Positions 13,290-26,568 of a DNA stretch of 64,000 nucleotides are shown in pieces. Source of the stretch: Amoebophrya sp. A120 (lineage: Eukaryota > Protista > Dinoflagellata). The stretch covers positions 4,326,108 through 4,390,107 of the forward strand of contig CAJINV010000002.1 in the NCBI GenBank assembly GCA_905178155.1, given 5' to 3'. How positions within the stretch are numbered: position 1 is the first letter of the stretch; every line of letters starts with the position of its first letter. The translations under genes and the position numbers were made by a program. Below the pieces are notes generated by a model. The model made no database searches, was not told the origin of the DNA, and worked only from the letters and a program-made list of their open reading frames with translations.

Positions 13290-15680
13290 ACAAGGGACAG
13301 CGTTGTAGCGCTACTTTCTTCTACTTTTCGAACATCGAGAATACAAAACTTGTTTTCTAGAAAGCTAGCACATTTCATTGAAAAACGTCATGTTTCTTCA
13401 AAAACTAACAGCATATTTTCCTACAGAACCTAGAGCTACTGAAAAACCCGCGATAAGTTACTACCCCACTACTTTTATCTCGGCATCTCTACCCACGCAA
13501 ACAGGAATTTTATGGGTTGAAAATTTACCCGCAACGTGCACTACCCCGCCTACGATACTGATGCTATGTAGCTGCTTTCCACAAGAATAAGAGGACCCTA
13601 TACAAGTAGAAGCACCGCCTGGCCCGGCACTATGGCGCACAAGTGCCGCGCCGCCGCATTAGCCTGGAAGGTCGACTCAAGTTTGAGTGCAGGGCTTCGT
13701 AGGTCGTGCAGGGTAGTCTACATATCCCTGTACCATTGCTAAGAAGCGTGCACGTGGTGCGCATGACACCTGCCTTCTATTTTTACTCTAATTGCAACAC
13801 CTCCAAATCCTCCCGAGGGCTGGAGGGGTCGTGTTTCGAATTTCTCTCTAAAAGATATTGACAGGTTTCCATCGAATTTTTCCACTAACAGATTTATTCC
13901 AAACTAAATTGCTTAAACCTGCCACCTGGGGTTAATCAATTCAATATCCCAGCATCTGCGATATTGATACCTGTATAGCATGAAGCAGATCATGTTGACT
14001 TTACAATCCATTGGCATTGTCTTTTTGGCACTACAAGTACGAAGCGTTGCATTTTGTTGCATTTTTGTCTATTTCCTGCTGGTTGTGGTTGCCTGCTCTC
14101 GACGTCCTGAAAATTTGCGCGCAGCTGCTGCGCTGACCGCGGCTAGTTAGGCCGCGCGGGCGCTGCTGCCGCAAAACAACAGGATAGTTGAAGGTGCAGC
14201 AGCCTCGCAATCGCAACAGAAAGAACATTATCTCTCATTCTTAGTACATCTTCAAGATGAGCGGTCAAGGAGGAGCCGACTAGCGACCGAAAAGTAGTCT
14301 TTTTGTGACCGCTGGCACGCTTTATTTCTTGAAATTCACGATGAAAGATAGGACTTTCCTTTCACATACAGATTTGGACCAGGGAATAAATAGTATCAAA
14401 AAATCAACGCCTAAACGTAATCAGGAGGAGAATAAAAGCCTCTAAGTACTCCACTACGTCGTATGGGTACGAAAGGCAATAGTTCTAGAATTCCCCTTTT
14501 TGCAGCAGCTGCTACACGCCGATCATACCTACCAACCTGAGTGTGAACCTTATTCAAAAAAAAAATACCTATCCTTTTCCGTTTCGTCCGTATATTTTCT
14601 TCGTTTCGAGCTTTTCCTGTCTACACGTCCACGCACGCGCACCCATACCGAAACCACCAAAAGAACATCTCGGGTAGATGTCAAAAATGCAATGAATCGA
14701 TTTCAATTTTGTAGAGTTTCTTTTTGAAAGATTTGAAGCTACTTGTGGTCAGATGGACCAACATAGAACTTATGCTTATCCAAAGCGCCTGCGCTGCCTG
14801 ATGAAGAGTGCAAGGGCGTTATCCTTATGCTAGACGTGTTGCAAAGGATGCCAGTCATTCTCGTTCTTGGCGCTCTTCCACAGTGCATCTGCATCGGTAG
14901 CACGACTAAAAACCTCGGTAGCACGACTTGAGTCCTCGGTCTTGCTCTGACTGCGGTTCACAAATGAGATGGAGTCTCATCTCATCGTGTGCGGACAAAA
15001 GTCAAAAGAGCGTAGGCGGTTCGTGCTGTAATTTGGTGAAAAACGACGTAGGAGCGGCGTGCAGTTTAATTGTCGCACTCGTCCTGTCCTCTGACAAACA
15101 AATGAGGAAAAAATACTTCTTTTGATGACTCGTCGGACCGTTATGGTTATGCTGGTCGTGCACATTATTCCCCGGTGGTACTCGGTCTAACCGTCCTCGC
15201 AGCAGCATTAGTATATTTTTCGGTTCTCATCGTGCGCCCAAGTGTTGTTCGTCGTTCGTGCGTGCTATCGTAGTTCGCTTCTGACAATAAAGGAACACAA
15301 GCACGCGTAGTAGCAGGAAGTCGTCGTTCCATACGTCCTATATTACTGTTTGTTTTTCATCTTCGTAGTTGTTCTCAATAACGCGTCTTGTCGTCCATAT
15401 AGCTAGTAATACAGGACCATGACCACTGTGTTAATACCCATGTGTATGCTACGAAGGCTATCATTATGTTGTGTTATAGCTTTACCCACCCAACTCCAAG
15501 ACTTGTAAGTAAATTAAGTAAGCAAAAATTTGTAGCCCTCCCACAGTAGCCTACTTCATCAAAAACAAGATGTGGCCCCCCTCCAAAAACTTCCTGATCC
15601 TGAACCTGATGATGTCCATGTTGACTTAATAAGTTAAAGTTTTCAAAATTAAAAACCATCCGCATCCCTCCACAACCATC

Positions 15681-18600
15681 ATGAGTACTTCTCCTACAAC
15701 TTCCCCAGCCGTAAAACCCTCCGACCGCCTGAACGCGAACAACCGCCTCCCCGACGCCCCGACGAAAAAGAAAACCCCAGCGGGTGCTCCTGCGTTTCAA
15801 CCGAAAGCAAAGACGAAAGTTGGTTTCGCGGCCCACAGCTCTGGCGTGGCCACGGTGGCGAAGAATGTAGTTCAACATCCGAAGATAGTACTACAACAAA
15901 ATACTGGTAGCACGGGGGCGGATAGCAAAAGCGGGGGAGCAACAGCAACATCAGCGTCGGCTGGTAAAAATATCAAAAACCCAAAATCCTCAACCACTTC
16001 AGTAGCAGCTGCAAGTTCCCTACCGAAAACCCTGCCACCAGCAGTAGCAGGGAACATCAAGACGACGACAAAAAATCAGGGCAAGGTCGCAAAGCAAACC
16101 GAAACTCCTCCTGCAGGAGCTGCCCCCTCGACAAACGACAAGCATTCTCCTGGCGAAGATCTCGATGCGAGTCATGTCTCCTGGCCCGCTCACGAGGACC
16201 ACGAAGATCTTGACTATCAAATGTAAAAATGTCAGGGTCTGGAAACCTGTGATGCTGTGTGGCGTATCATGAGGAGGCGGCAATTGCTGGCTCAGCATGA
16301 CAAGTTTTTGAGCTTCTAGGTGTTGCCTATTCTGCATGACAAACTACGTTTCTGCATGACAGAAAAGTGGGGCTCTTTAGTAATGTGCATGACAGATTTA
16401 AGAGTCATGCCAGACAAGCATGACAAATCTCGCAATCTTCCAGACCCAGACATTTTTACATTTGATATTGACCACCACGAGACCATAGACTGGCCCATCG
16501 CGGGAGATAGCACGCATGGAAACAACAGTAAGGCAACAGCTGGAGGTGGTGGTTTTTCGCCGAAAACTTCCAGTACTGGTGATCGCACACAGGACCAAGA
16601 ACATCTTCATGCTGGACAAACTATAAAACAGAAACAGCCACGTCAACACTCCCGCCACGACCTTTCTTCGCCGAGTCGCTCCACGCACCACGAGGTCGCG
16701 GGCAACGCGCCTTTGATAGAAGGCGGGGAGTCCTCCGAAGAGCAAGGTCAGGGAGTAGATGAAAAACACGCCATCGTCCCAGTAGTGTACGACGGGCACG
16801 ACGAGGACCATGGGAGCTACAACGCAGACGAGTTGTACAACGTGGAAGGAGAGGAAGAAGAATTCTTTCATGATGGGGTCGCGGCTGACGACGGGTTTTA
16901 TCATGGCCATGGCGAGGATCATGATTATGGATATGATCATGATGATGAAACAAGAGCAGACCATGACCATTATAATGATCAACACGATGATCAACACGAT
17001 CAGCACTACTGGGACACGCTGCGAAACCACATGCACATGTACCACCAGCACATGCAACAGCAGAACCAGGAAACAAGAATAGAAGCGGAGCAGGCGTCGA
17101 CGAACAACAAGAGAAACATCTTTAAAGACATTTTTAACGCGCTCCATTACTTCCACACGAGTCTCGCGCACGGGCATAAGGTGCACTACCGGGATCCGGA
17201 CCACCACGAAGAGATTCAGCAGGAAATTAGAGAGAAAGAAAAAGCTCGGAAGGAGAAATACAGAAAGGCGAGGTTCCCCACCGATTCCCACCACGTCGGG
17301 GTGGTGAAGAACCCCAGTTTATTGGCGAGGGCGGGAGCGGGTGCATCCGCGAAAAACAGCATCGCCGCACGATCTTCCCGGTCCAGTGCGGCGCTGGATA
17401 GGTTGAAAGATGTAGTCGCCCACGTTTCGTACCGCGTGAATTACAGGGGCTCATCAAGTGGAACTTCTACATCCTCGAGAAAATCCTCAAAGGCCGCCGC
17501 TTTGGACCAAGCGAGAGAGCAGGCCGATGCGACCTGGGAGAGCTTTGAGGAAATGCACTTTGGCGGCGGTGTAGGTGCTGCTTCTGCAGCAAGAAGGTCA
17601 TCTTTGGCCACCTCTAGTACACCTGCATCAACCGAGCTAGCGATTATTCCTTTCGGTGGAGCCCACGACGAGGACTCAACATCTTTCACGCCCCCGCGCC
17701 GGCCCGGCGGGTCGACGTGGGGGGCCCCGAAGCCGGAGGGAGAGGGCATCAACACGTCGGCCATTGCCGGCATCATGGCCCGCCGGACGCAGGAGGCGCG
17801 AGCCAAAGCGCGGAGCACGGACGCGGCCGCGCGAAGGACGGCCCGGGCGAGTGAGAGGGCCATCCGGACGGCGAAGACGCAATATGCCAGGGAACAAATG
17901 TTGGAAAGCAAGACTGCGGGATGGGCCGCGGCACTCAAAACCGGGGGTGAAACAGGCGAGGACTCCTCGGAAGTTGTAAGGACCGAATCTGAAGAAAAAG
18001 TGCAGCGCCACCAGCAGGAGCTTCAGGGGAGTAGAGCAACGGGACTCGAACCTGTAGACAACGACGCCGAGGAGGAGGCTGCTCGAAGCACACACGGCGC
18101 CAGAACTACAAGTACCGCGCGAGAACATCATAGTAGCCGCACAGCAGGAGGGTCGTTGTCGGCAACATCTGCCGCCGGGCGTGCGACCGCAGGAGCCACG
18201 TCTTCTTCAAGTAGAATTGAGGCTCTAACCAGAAAGTCGCTGAAGCAGGGGATCGTGGAGAATTTAGAATACCAAGACGAGCAACAAAGAATGGCTTCGA
18301 GAAGTACTGCTGGTGGGGCGCACGTCGCACATGCAGCAAGACAGTCTTCATCTTCCCGAGCAACAGAGACCGCAAGGACCACAAGCGCAGTTCGAGCCAC
18401 TGCAAGAAGAACCGGGTCAGGTGTTGAAGTAGGTGATCATGAAGACACGACAAGAAGATCAAGTTCTATGCCGGGCGGTGATCATATTAGCACTTCTGGT
18501 ACAACTTCTAGACGGTCCACCAGAAAGAAACAGCCGGGCGATCGATTACAGCTGCGGCAAGAAGAGGCACACGACGCGGAGAAAGAGGAAGGACGAAGTG

Positions 18601-21600
18601 AAGACCTATTTGCATCAAACGCTAACAACTTCGGGGGCCTACAGCTTCTTACTCGTGAAAGTGAGAAGAGAAAAACATCCGAGCAGGACGAGCCGCGGAG
18701 CGTCAAGTTATTGCAGACTCAACAGACGTTTGGCCTTGGCCAACTAGAGCTACATGATCACGCGGAGGGGGAAGCTGCAGGGGTAGATGCGCTCATAATC
18801 GAGGAGGGAGGCACAGACGATCATGATGTCGATCCGACGACTCGTGCTTTTTTAGAGCAGCATGCCGCGCACTCGCACGGCTGGAGTAGAAGTGCTGCGG
18901 CCCAGCACTACACTAGCGAGGGAGAAGCGATGCCCCCGATGATGGGCGGTGGACCACCCGGACCTGCAAATAAAGGCTGGGGTGGAACTAGTACTACCCA
19001 TAAAAGCAGTATGGCAGCACAAAAAGGGTATTCCTATTCACTGAAACACGGTACTCGCGAGGGAGAAGCGATGCCCCCCGGACCCGCAAAGGGTGGAGGT
19101 TGGGGAACCACACATAAAGGCATGGCAGCACAAAAAGGGTATGCACCGAAGCACGGCACTAGCGAGGGAGAAGCGATACCCCCGATGGGCGGACCCGGTT
19201 GGGGACCTACTCCCTATAATAAAGGCATGGCAGGACAACCAGGAGGGTATAATGCTGCACCCATGACGGCGGATCCGTTTGGTAAGGTCGCCGCGAAGAA
19301 GGGAGGTGGTGGCCCGGGAAAAGGTGGTGGGAAAAAAGGGAAAGGGAAACAAGATCCCTCTGATATCCTGTGTGAAAACGACGTCCCCACGATGCCAGAG
19401 TCAAGATAGGGATTTTGCTACACAAACCAGCAGCTTTTGGCTGTCGCGCATGACAAGTTCGGGCTCGCAGTGTAATTGCGTTTAGCTATTACAGCTCGCT
19501 GCATCACAACTTAATCGCCCGATGCTGATTCTAGCATTACAAATTTCCAGATAGCATCAGAAAATGGAGGCTCTCATCGGGCTGTGCATGAAAGATGGTT
19601 TAGGCTTACAGATTTGCATGACAACTTTGCGAAACAGCGCAATCTTGCAGATTTTGCATGCTAAACAGCGCTCTCTTCTATGTTTTTGGCGTATGTGATT
19701 TATCCATAGATTAACATGAAAGCCGTGCTGCAGGGTCCAGTATCCTTGTTGCTGGTGTCCTGGTTGTGCTTTCTATATGTGTCGCGAGTAAGGATTGTTG
19801 GCGTTGTTGGCGAAAGTGTGAGGCAAAAAAGTTGGTATAGTTGGCGAGTTGGTATAGTGGCCGGGAGATGATGGTGATGGCACTTCGGTGCCCACCTGAC
19901 CTACCTTCCCTGCGTGACAGCCATCTGCGGCCGTTTGCAAAGGGGGAGGCAAAGTGTGCCGCACTTCTGTTTAGCATGACAATTTTGCGAAGGTGGGGAG
20001 GACGTTTTTACGCAGGATATCTGAGTGGTATGAACCAGACCACCACGACCACTATGGGAACAAAGTGAACATGTCCGAGACGTCCTCCGAGGTGGCCAGG
20101 AAGGAGCTGGACATGCACTTCTACCCCATCGTCTCGGTACTTTACCCGGTGGTTCAGATTTTCATGTTTTACGCCGTCGCAAACAAGACCGAGGATTCTT
20201 TACGGGACTACAATCTCAAGTACGGAATTCGGGCGTTCAAAAACCGGACCTGCTTCCTCACCGAGAAGCCCTTCGAATACAGTGGGTGTCCCTGGTTCGT
20301 CGACATCAGGAGTGAGGCGATCCGCTACGTCTCCTACGCATTTGCCCACACGGATACCGGGCACCTTTTGAACAACATCATTTTCGAACTCCTTTTTGTA
20401 TGCAGGAGTGCAAAAGCATCGTACTAGTATAAATCGCAATACAAATTGGCTCAGCATTACAAATTGAATTTGTAATGCGGATTTACCTTAACAAGTAGAT
20501 TTGTAATGCATGACTGCGATTACTACGAGTACGATACTTTTGCACAGGATATTTTGGCCCGAGTCTGGAAATGGTGCACGGCACCGCGCGCATGCTGCCC
20601 TTGGTGCTTTTGGCCATTCTCGGCGGCAGTCTCACCACGGCCGCGGATATCAACTGTAAAAATGTCTGGGTCTGGAAGAATTCATGTTTGTCATGCTTGT
20701 CTGGCATGATTCTTAAATCTGTCATGCACGTTACCCAAGAGGTGCGTTTTTCTGTGATGCAGAAGCGCAGTTTGTCATGCAGAATAGGCAACACCTAGGA
20801 GCTCAGAAATTTGTCATGCTGAGCCAGCATCTGTAGCCTCATCATGAGACGCCACCCAGCATCACAAGTTTCCAGACCCAGACATTTTTACATTTGATAG
20901 CGGAAGACCCAACGCAACTCGTGGTCGGGAGTTCCGGCTATGCCTACGGACTGGTGGCGATGCAGATCGCGAATCTCGCTATGAACTGGCACGAGTTATC
21001 AAATGCAAAAATGTCCGGGTCTGGAAGGTTGCGAGATTTGTCATGCTTTTCTGGCATGACCAAAAAGTTTGTGATGCGTGTCCAAGAAAAGACTTCTTCG
21101 CCACCTGTCATGCAAAAACGCAGTTTGTCATGCGAAAAACGCAACACGTACACAAAAAAGCGCAGATACTTATTTCTCATGCTTGGCTGTGTATTACAGA
21201 ACATTCATTATTCCCAACGCAGCATTACAAGTTTCCAGACCTTGACACTTTTGCAATCCATATGAGTATGACCACCGCTATTTCCACTTCAACCACGAAC
21301 AGACGCTGAAGATGCGGCAGTCCTACGTGTTTTTGGCCACTATTTTAACTTTCGTCCTCATGATGTCCTTTTCTACTGTGCAGTCGATGGACGGCGGCGG
21401 GGTGTCCCACTCCGCGCACATGGGCGGCGCCATCTGCGGGCTCTTGTTCGCAGCGCTGTTCTGTCGAAACGTGGTCAAGTATCCGAGTGCACAGCCTCCC
21501 CTCCCCCTCATTTGAAGGATATAAACAGCAACGCAAGCGCTGGCATACTCATACATGCAGCTTTTGCATGACAAGTTCGCGACCGACTCTGGTTCTGTTC

Positions 21601-22317
21601 CGGCTTCCGGAACCTGTCATGCAAGAAGTGCCAAAGATAAAAGGGTTGACTTGAATATTTTACATTACAAATGAGGGGGACGAAGGGGAGTTGTGCATTG
21701 TCATATCAATCGGGGCAGCGAGGGAAAAGTACAGGTCGCCTGCGGAATCACAGCGGCGGTCTACGTAATGGTGCTACGCCCTGCAAATTATTGGTCTGGG
21801 TCTGGAACGAAATCAAAAATGCAAGGAGTTCTTGTAGTGGTTGTAGTAATGCTTGGAGCAACACGTACTGATGCTTGTCCCTTGCCCGCCTGAACGCAGG
21901 ACGAACAGGATTTGTCATGCGCATGCGCAATACGCACTGCATAAAAGAAGTAACCGATGATCAAAAATTTGTGTTGTTTTGCCGACGAAAGTCAAAGTCT
22001 TCTGGCCAGCAGCAGAGCCATGTATGAAACTTGTGATAATTTTCCAGTGACCCAGACCAAAAACAATTTGCAATCCATAGGTTCTGATCATCCACATATC
22101 GAACTCGGGAGAAGGCACCGGTACGGAAGCTCCGGTGAGTTTACTTTCCGGGCAAATTCACTCCTGCCGGGCAAACGCGGGCGGGTTGGCCGCGGGACAC
22201 TGCTGTCTCTCGGAGAGCAAACAGGCAGAGCGCTGTGCTGCCGCAGCGGAAACGACGACAACGGGAGAGCCAAGTTCCTCTGACACTACATCGACGACAG
22301 CCCTGCCCTTGCCGTGA
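15681..22317 (+). CDS. Rhomboid-family intramembrane serine protease with ~1140-aa low-complexity N-terminal extension (~1496 aa)
   Basis: After removing 7 introners the sequence reads AHTDTGHLLNN...GPSLEMVHG...VVGSSG (GxSG catalytic Ser)...VSHSAHMGG (catalytic His); 4491 nt in frame. Confidence 0.85.
16215..16467. mobile_element. Introner family A
   Basis: Family A TIR; DR TTGAC; close copy of 12795-13047. Confidence 0.9.
18910..19235 (+). repeat. Three imperfect coding tandem repeats (TSEGEAMPP...KGMAAQKGY) in the rhomboid N-terminal extension
   Basis: CGAGGGAGAAGCGAT near 18917, 19057 and 19163; ATGGCAG(C/G)ACAA recurs three times. Confidence 0.8.
19364..20019. mobile_element. Introner family J with ~340-bp internal insertion
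   Basis: TATCCTGTGTGAAAACG..CCCCAC / GTGGGG..CGTTTTTACGCAGGATA; DR TCTGA. Confidence 0.85.
20399..20551. mobile_element. Introner family B
   Basis: Family B TIR, opposite orientation to 11263; DR TTTTG. Confidence 0.9.
20648..20899. mobile_element. Introner family A
   Basis: Reverse complement of 12795-13047; DR GCGGA. Confidence 0.9.
20997..21262. mobile_element. Introner family A
   Basis: Family A TIR; DR CGAGT/TGAGT. Confidence 0.85.
21480..21705. mobile_element. Introner family G
   Basis: GTGCACAGCCTCCCC / GGGGAGTTGTGCA TIR; DR TCAAG/TCAAT. Confidence 0.85.
21775..22079. mobile_element. Introner family A (diverged)
   Basis: TGCAAATT..TTGGTCTGGGTC / GACCCAGACCAA..TTTGCA; DR GGTGC/GGTTC. 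Confidence 0.8.
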
Positions 22318-23975
22318 TGATGTTCTTTGAGTTAAGACATATTGTTCTATGTTGTGCAACTTCTGGAAAAGTAGATATACAGCTGCGCTGCTGATGTTCT
22401 TGTTCATCCCATTGTTCATGATAGCAGAAGCCGCGACGTGTCCACGACGAAGATTCCTATTCCTACAGAAGTAAAAGCGCAATTTTGTTTCTCAATCTAG
22501 CAAAACCAAAAAGATTAAAAAAAAAATCTACTACTTGGCCTGCAGTATGTATAATAATCACGACCAACCACGGTCGTCAAGACGACCCGCGGAACCTCCA
22601 CGCAAGAACATCAAGAACAAATTATAAATAGGTCGGCAATTATTCCCGTACAACTGGTACAACTGCTTGGTCCACCAGCAGCACCACGACCAGCAGAGGT
22701 CATCAAATTCAAACTGATGAACCGCTGCAACAATAGTACACGTCAGTAGGACTACTGCAGCCGCTACCGTGCAACTTCTGACTGGCTGCTGTGGTTCTAC
22801 TCGTCGTGGTTGTCCTCCTTGTTCCCTTAATGCTTGCAGACGAGAAGACTACATAGCCCCTAACAATGCTATCTCTCTACGTCACAGTCACCGCCTCTCC
22901 CCCTCCTCTCGTTTGCTTTTCTCGTTTCGTTCGATCTTGTGATGCGATAGTACAACCTTGATGAAGACCTCGGACCGGCGATCATTCACTTGTCTTCGTT
23001 TTTACCATCATATTCATATGCAGACCCGGAGGCTCGTTCAAAATTACTTATTCGAAATTCGTGTAACAGTAAGCAGAATTATTTGTGATTCTCTCCCCGT
23101 CGTGGTCGTTCTGCCGAACAAGCTGCCCTTTGCGGTTTTCGGTTTCGTCAAGGAACTGGAAGTTTTTGCGTGGTCAACTCGATTCTTTTCGTGTCGTGCG
23201 TAAGTTCTCTTACGAATAACAATAATTTGTGCGAAAAATAAAGGCACACAGCCCATCTCAAAGTCAAAGTTCTTGTTTATTCGTAAAATAAACAGGACCT
23301 GGCCCTTCAGCTGCAAGAATAGCCTCCATTTGCTTTGAAAATTCTCTATCTGTCTCCTACCACTTCAACACGAACACAACGAGACGCCACACGGTGGCTG
23401 CTCTAAAAAGACATCATTATCGACATTAACCACGACGAGCCAACATAATTTCTGTTGCTGTTCTCTCTTCAGCTCTTCATTGAAAATTACCACTTCACGC
23501 ATAACAACATTACAGATTTGAAAAACGGGATTTGTAATGCAAAAATAACGTGATGGCATTTACGTGCGGTAAGGCCACTAGCATTACAGATTTGATGCCA
23601 TTTAGAGTTTGTAATGCACAGGACCCATTATTGTGTAGTAGACCTTCCGCTTAAAGATATCACGGTAGGCAAGAATATGGATATATATATTTTTCGACCC
23701 GTCAGTTAACAGCTCTCGAAAGTCCAACTACACAATACGCATTACAGATTTGAAGAGGAGAGGAAAAACGCAGGACAAGTTTGAATTTTAGAAAGACCAA
23801 GAAACAAAAAGCAAGAAGATTGAAAAAAGGAAAATGTGAACGTGGAAGAAAAAGAAGAAGTTGGGGCCTTAGTGTTCTCTTGTTCACCGGCTCAGGCGAA
23901 GGCACCCACTTCGGTGGTGAGTGAGTCCATGAAATAAAATACCCTCGAACAAGTCTCTTCAGCGAATCGACCAAA

Positions 23976-25162
23976 ATGACTATGTCTCGCCGCGGACAAC
24001 AGCAACAGCACGCGCAGGTCGTGCACCAGATGAAGAACAAGACCACCACGTGGTCCACGACCGCCGCGCTCCACTGCGTTGTGGTCTTCACCAGCCTGAC
24101 GGGATTTTTACCCGCTTCTGTTGACGCGGTTTTCAACCCTCTGTCGAGTGACTACCTGGATCGGATCTTGAACAAGTGCCGGGAGACAGGCGGCGTCCGG
24201 TTTCCAAACACAGTGAACGCCACCGATTTTACCCAAATTTGCAGGAAGAAGAACATGCGGTTTGCGATCGGCGTATCCTGTGCAAAAGTATCGTAGTCGT
24301 ACTAATTGCAAATATGCATGACAAATCTCCTGCCTAAAGTAAAACAGCATTTTACAAATTCCACTTTTGTTCTTGCCAAAATTTGTGATGCAATTTATAC
24401 TAGTACGATACTTTTGCAATGCATACGGCGAGAACGAAGGCGATCTGGAAACGACCAGCAACGGCCCGCTGGCGTTTTCGGGTACCGTGACCACGGCCTC
24501 ATCCCTGACCAAGGCCTTCCGCAAATTGGACTTTGGCGACGATCACGACGGGGCGACCTCGGCCAGGTGCTGGATCCGTTGCGGCACCGGGAGCGCGACG
24601 TATCAGGCCTTCGCGGCTGAATTGCCGTTTGCGGGCGGAACGGAGGGGGCTGCGCAAGACGGAGACGTGGTCACGGTCACGCGGAAGGGCTATGGGATAA
24701 ACGGCGAGGGTATCAAATATAAAAGTGTCTGGGTCTGGAAGAATGCAACTTGTGATGCTGCATTTGGATTCCAGAAAAATCTGTATTGCATGAGTACCAA
24801 AAGGAATGTAATTTTTGCTACGTGGAGAGGGCATTTGTCATGCGGAATAGGCATCAGGAGGCTCTCAAAAAATCTGTGATGCTAGGGCATGCATCACAGA
24901 CATCAGGGCTCATGCAAAACGTACATGACAGTTGATAGAGGGTGGCCAGGTGGAGATTACCTCGTGGGAGTGCGGTGACATGTTTAACCTTGAAGGACAA
25001 ACTTCTGCGAGCGCCAGCAGCACCAGCAGCAGCAGCAGCTCGTCGTCGTTTCTGCAACCCGTTGCGCGCTCCGCGGTGGGTGTCGATGGCAAGGCGGGCG
25101 TGGCTCCCTTCCTGTCCGCCAAGAAGCAAGCCCTCAAGAGTGGTGGCAAGTGGATAGTTTGA
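23976..25162 (+). CDS. Putative secreted protein (~265 aa), Cys-containing, function unknown
   Basis: Signal-peptide-like ALHCVVVFTSLTGFLPASVDA; ORFs 23976, 24367 and 24932 join in frame across 2 introners (798 nt). Confidence 0.7.
24274..24425. mobile_element. Introner family B
   Basis: Family B TIR; DR CGGCG. Confidence 0.9.
24711..24937. mobile_element. Introner family A with truncated right TIR
   Basis: Full left TIR; right end reduced to CAGTTGATA; DR GAGGG. Confidence 0.85.
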
Positions 25163-26568
25163 TTTTGCTTTTTCGGGCGCGAGGCTGACGCTGTCTCAGC
25201 TCTGGTGCTCTACTTCTGTAGAATGATGTTCACAACACCCTATAATTCCACCACATGATAAGTGCTTACTTAGATAGAAGCTCAGACATGCCCTTTCCCG
25301 TTTTTCTTCTCCGATCAATTCCCCGAATCTGGTCCTCTCGAACTCGTTCGACACTCATGCAATGAATAGCTTTGCCTTTGACTTAACTTAAATAGTACTA
25401 GTTTTAAAACCCGTCTATCGCTCCAGCAACCAAGCTTAATATCCTTATTCGTATCATTTTTCACAGTTCACATTCACAAAATTGCCTTTTTATCATTCGA
25501 CAAAGTTATTTAACATACATTTTTCTGAGTCACGTCGCTTTATTTGCCAGAGTGCAGCAGCAGGGGCATGTTTTGTTGTTTCAAGTGCAAAAGCGAAACC
25601 ATAAAGCATCCATAAACCACAAATCGAACCGAATTATCCTGCGTGTGCTTTTAGGCACGTACAACCGAAGTCGGTTTGCATCGCTTTACACTTACGTATG
25701 CTGCTGCTGTTACCGGAAAATAAGCACGCTGTCTTCGGTTTCGTCTCACGGTCCTGCAGCTGCTATTTGTCGTCCTCGTGGCTTCAAGAAAAACAAACTT
25801 GAGTAGTTGTGGCACAAGTAGCCCTGTCGGTTATAATTTGAAAGATAGAGATACATCGTCAGAAGCTACGTTGCATCATGAAAGTCTGTGGATAAAAACA
25901 AGCGTTGCACTTAATGTGTCTTCCTTATTGTGGTCGTCCGAAACAAGAAATAATAATAATACGCATTTCTTCGGTCTTCGTATTGCAGTCTCGTACATGA
26001 AGAACAACTCGCATCGTGTATGTGTTGCGGCCGTACAATTTTTAAGTCTCAGTGCATGGCTTTATTACTTGAAAGCGATGCGTACGTCTACGTACTCGTA
26101 ATTGCAGCTTATGTGTAGTTCCTGTCTGTTATTTGCGTAGTTTCAGTTTGAATGAAAGGCTCCGACACTACTAATAAACCAGGACTCTCAATGAACAAGC
26201 AGCAGCCCAGCACTTTCCTCATTTTTGCCCTTTAGCAAGATTTATTGTTTATAATTCAATACTAGGATATTAGTGTAGTTCTTGTGTGAGAATATCCTTC
26301 TTACGACATCACCTACTTGCATCATCGAATTCGAGCCTGCAAAACGTCGGCTTTTCGAGTTTCATTAGAAGTTTCAATTTTTCACACACTCCTCTACGAC
26401 CATACAAATCCCTGAACATCAAGTACAAAGTTTGAATTTTTAAAGTAAATTTTCCATTTCATTAAGTTTTCATTTCATTTTTCAATCCTCTATCGAGCGT
26501 GAGCAGGGTGAGGGTCTCTTTCAGGTTCAGTTGTTTGGGAAGATAGACCACCCCCACCACCACCAGCC

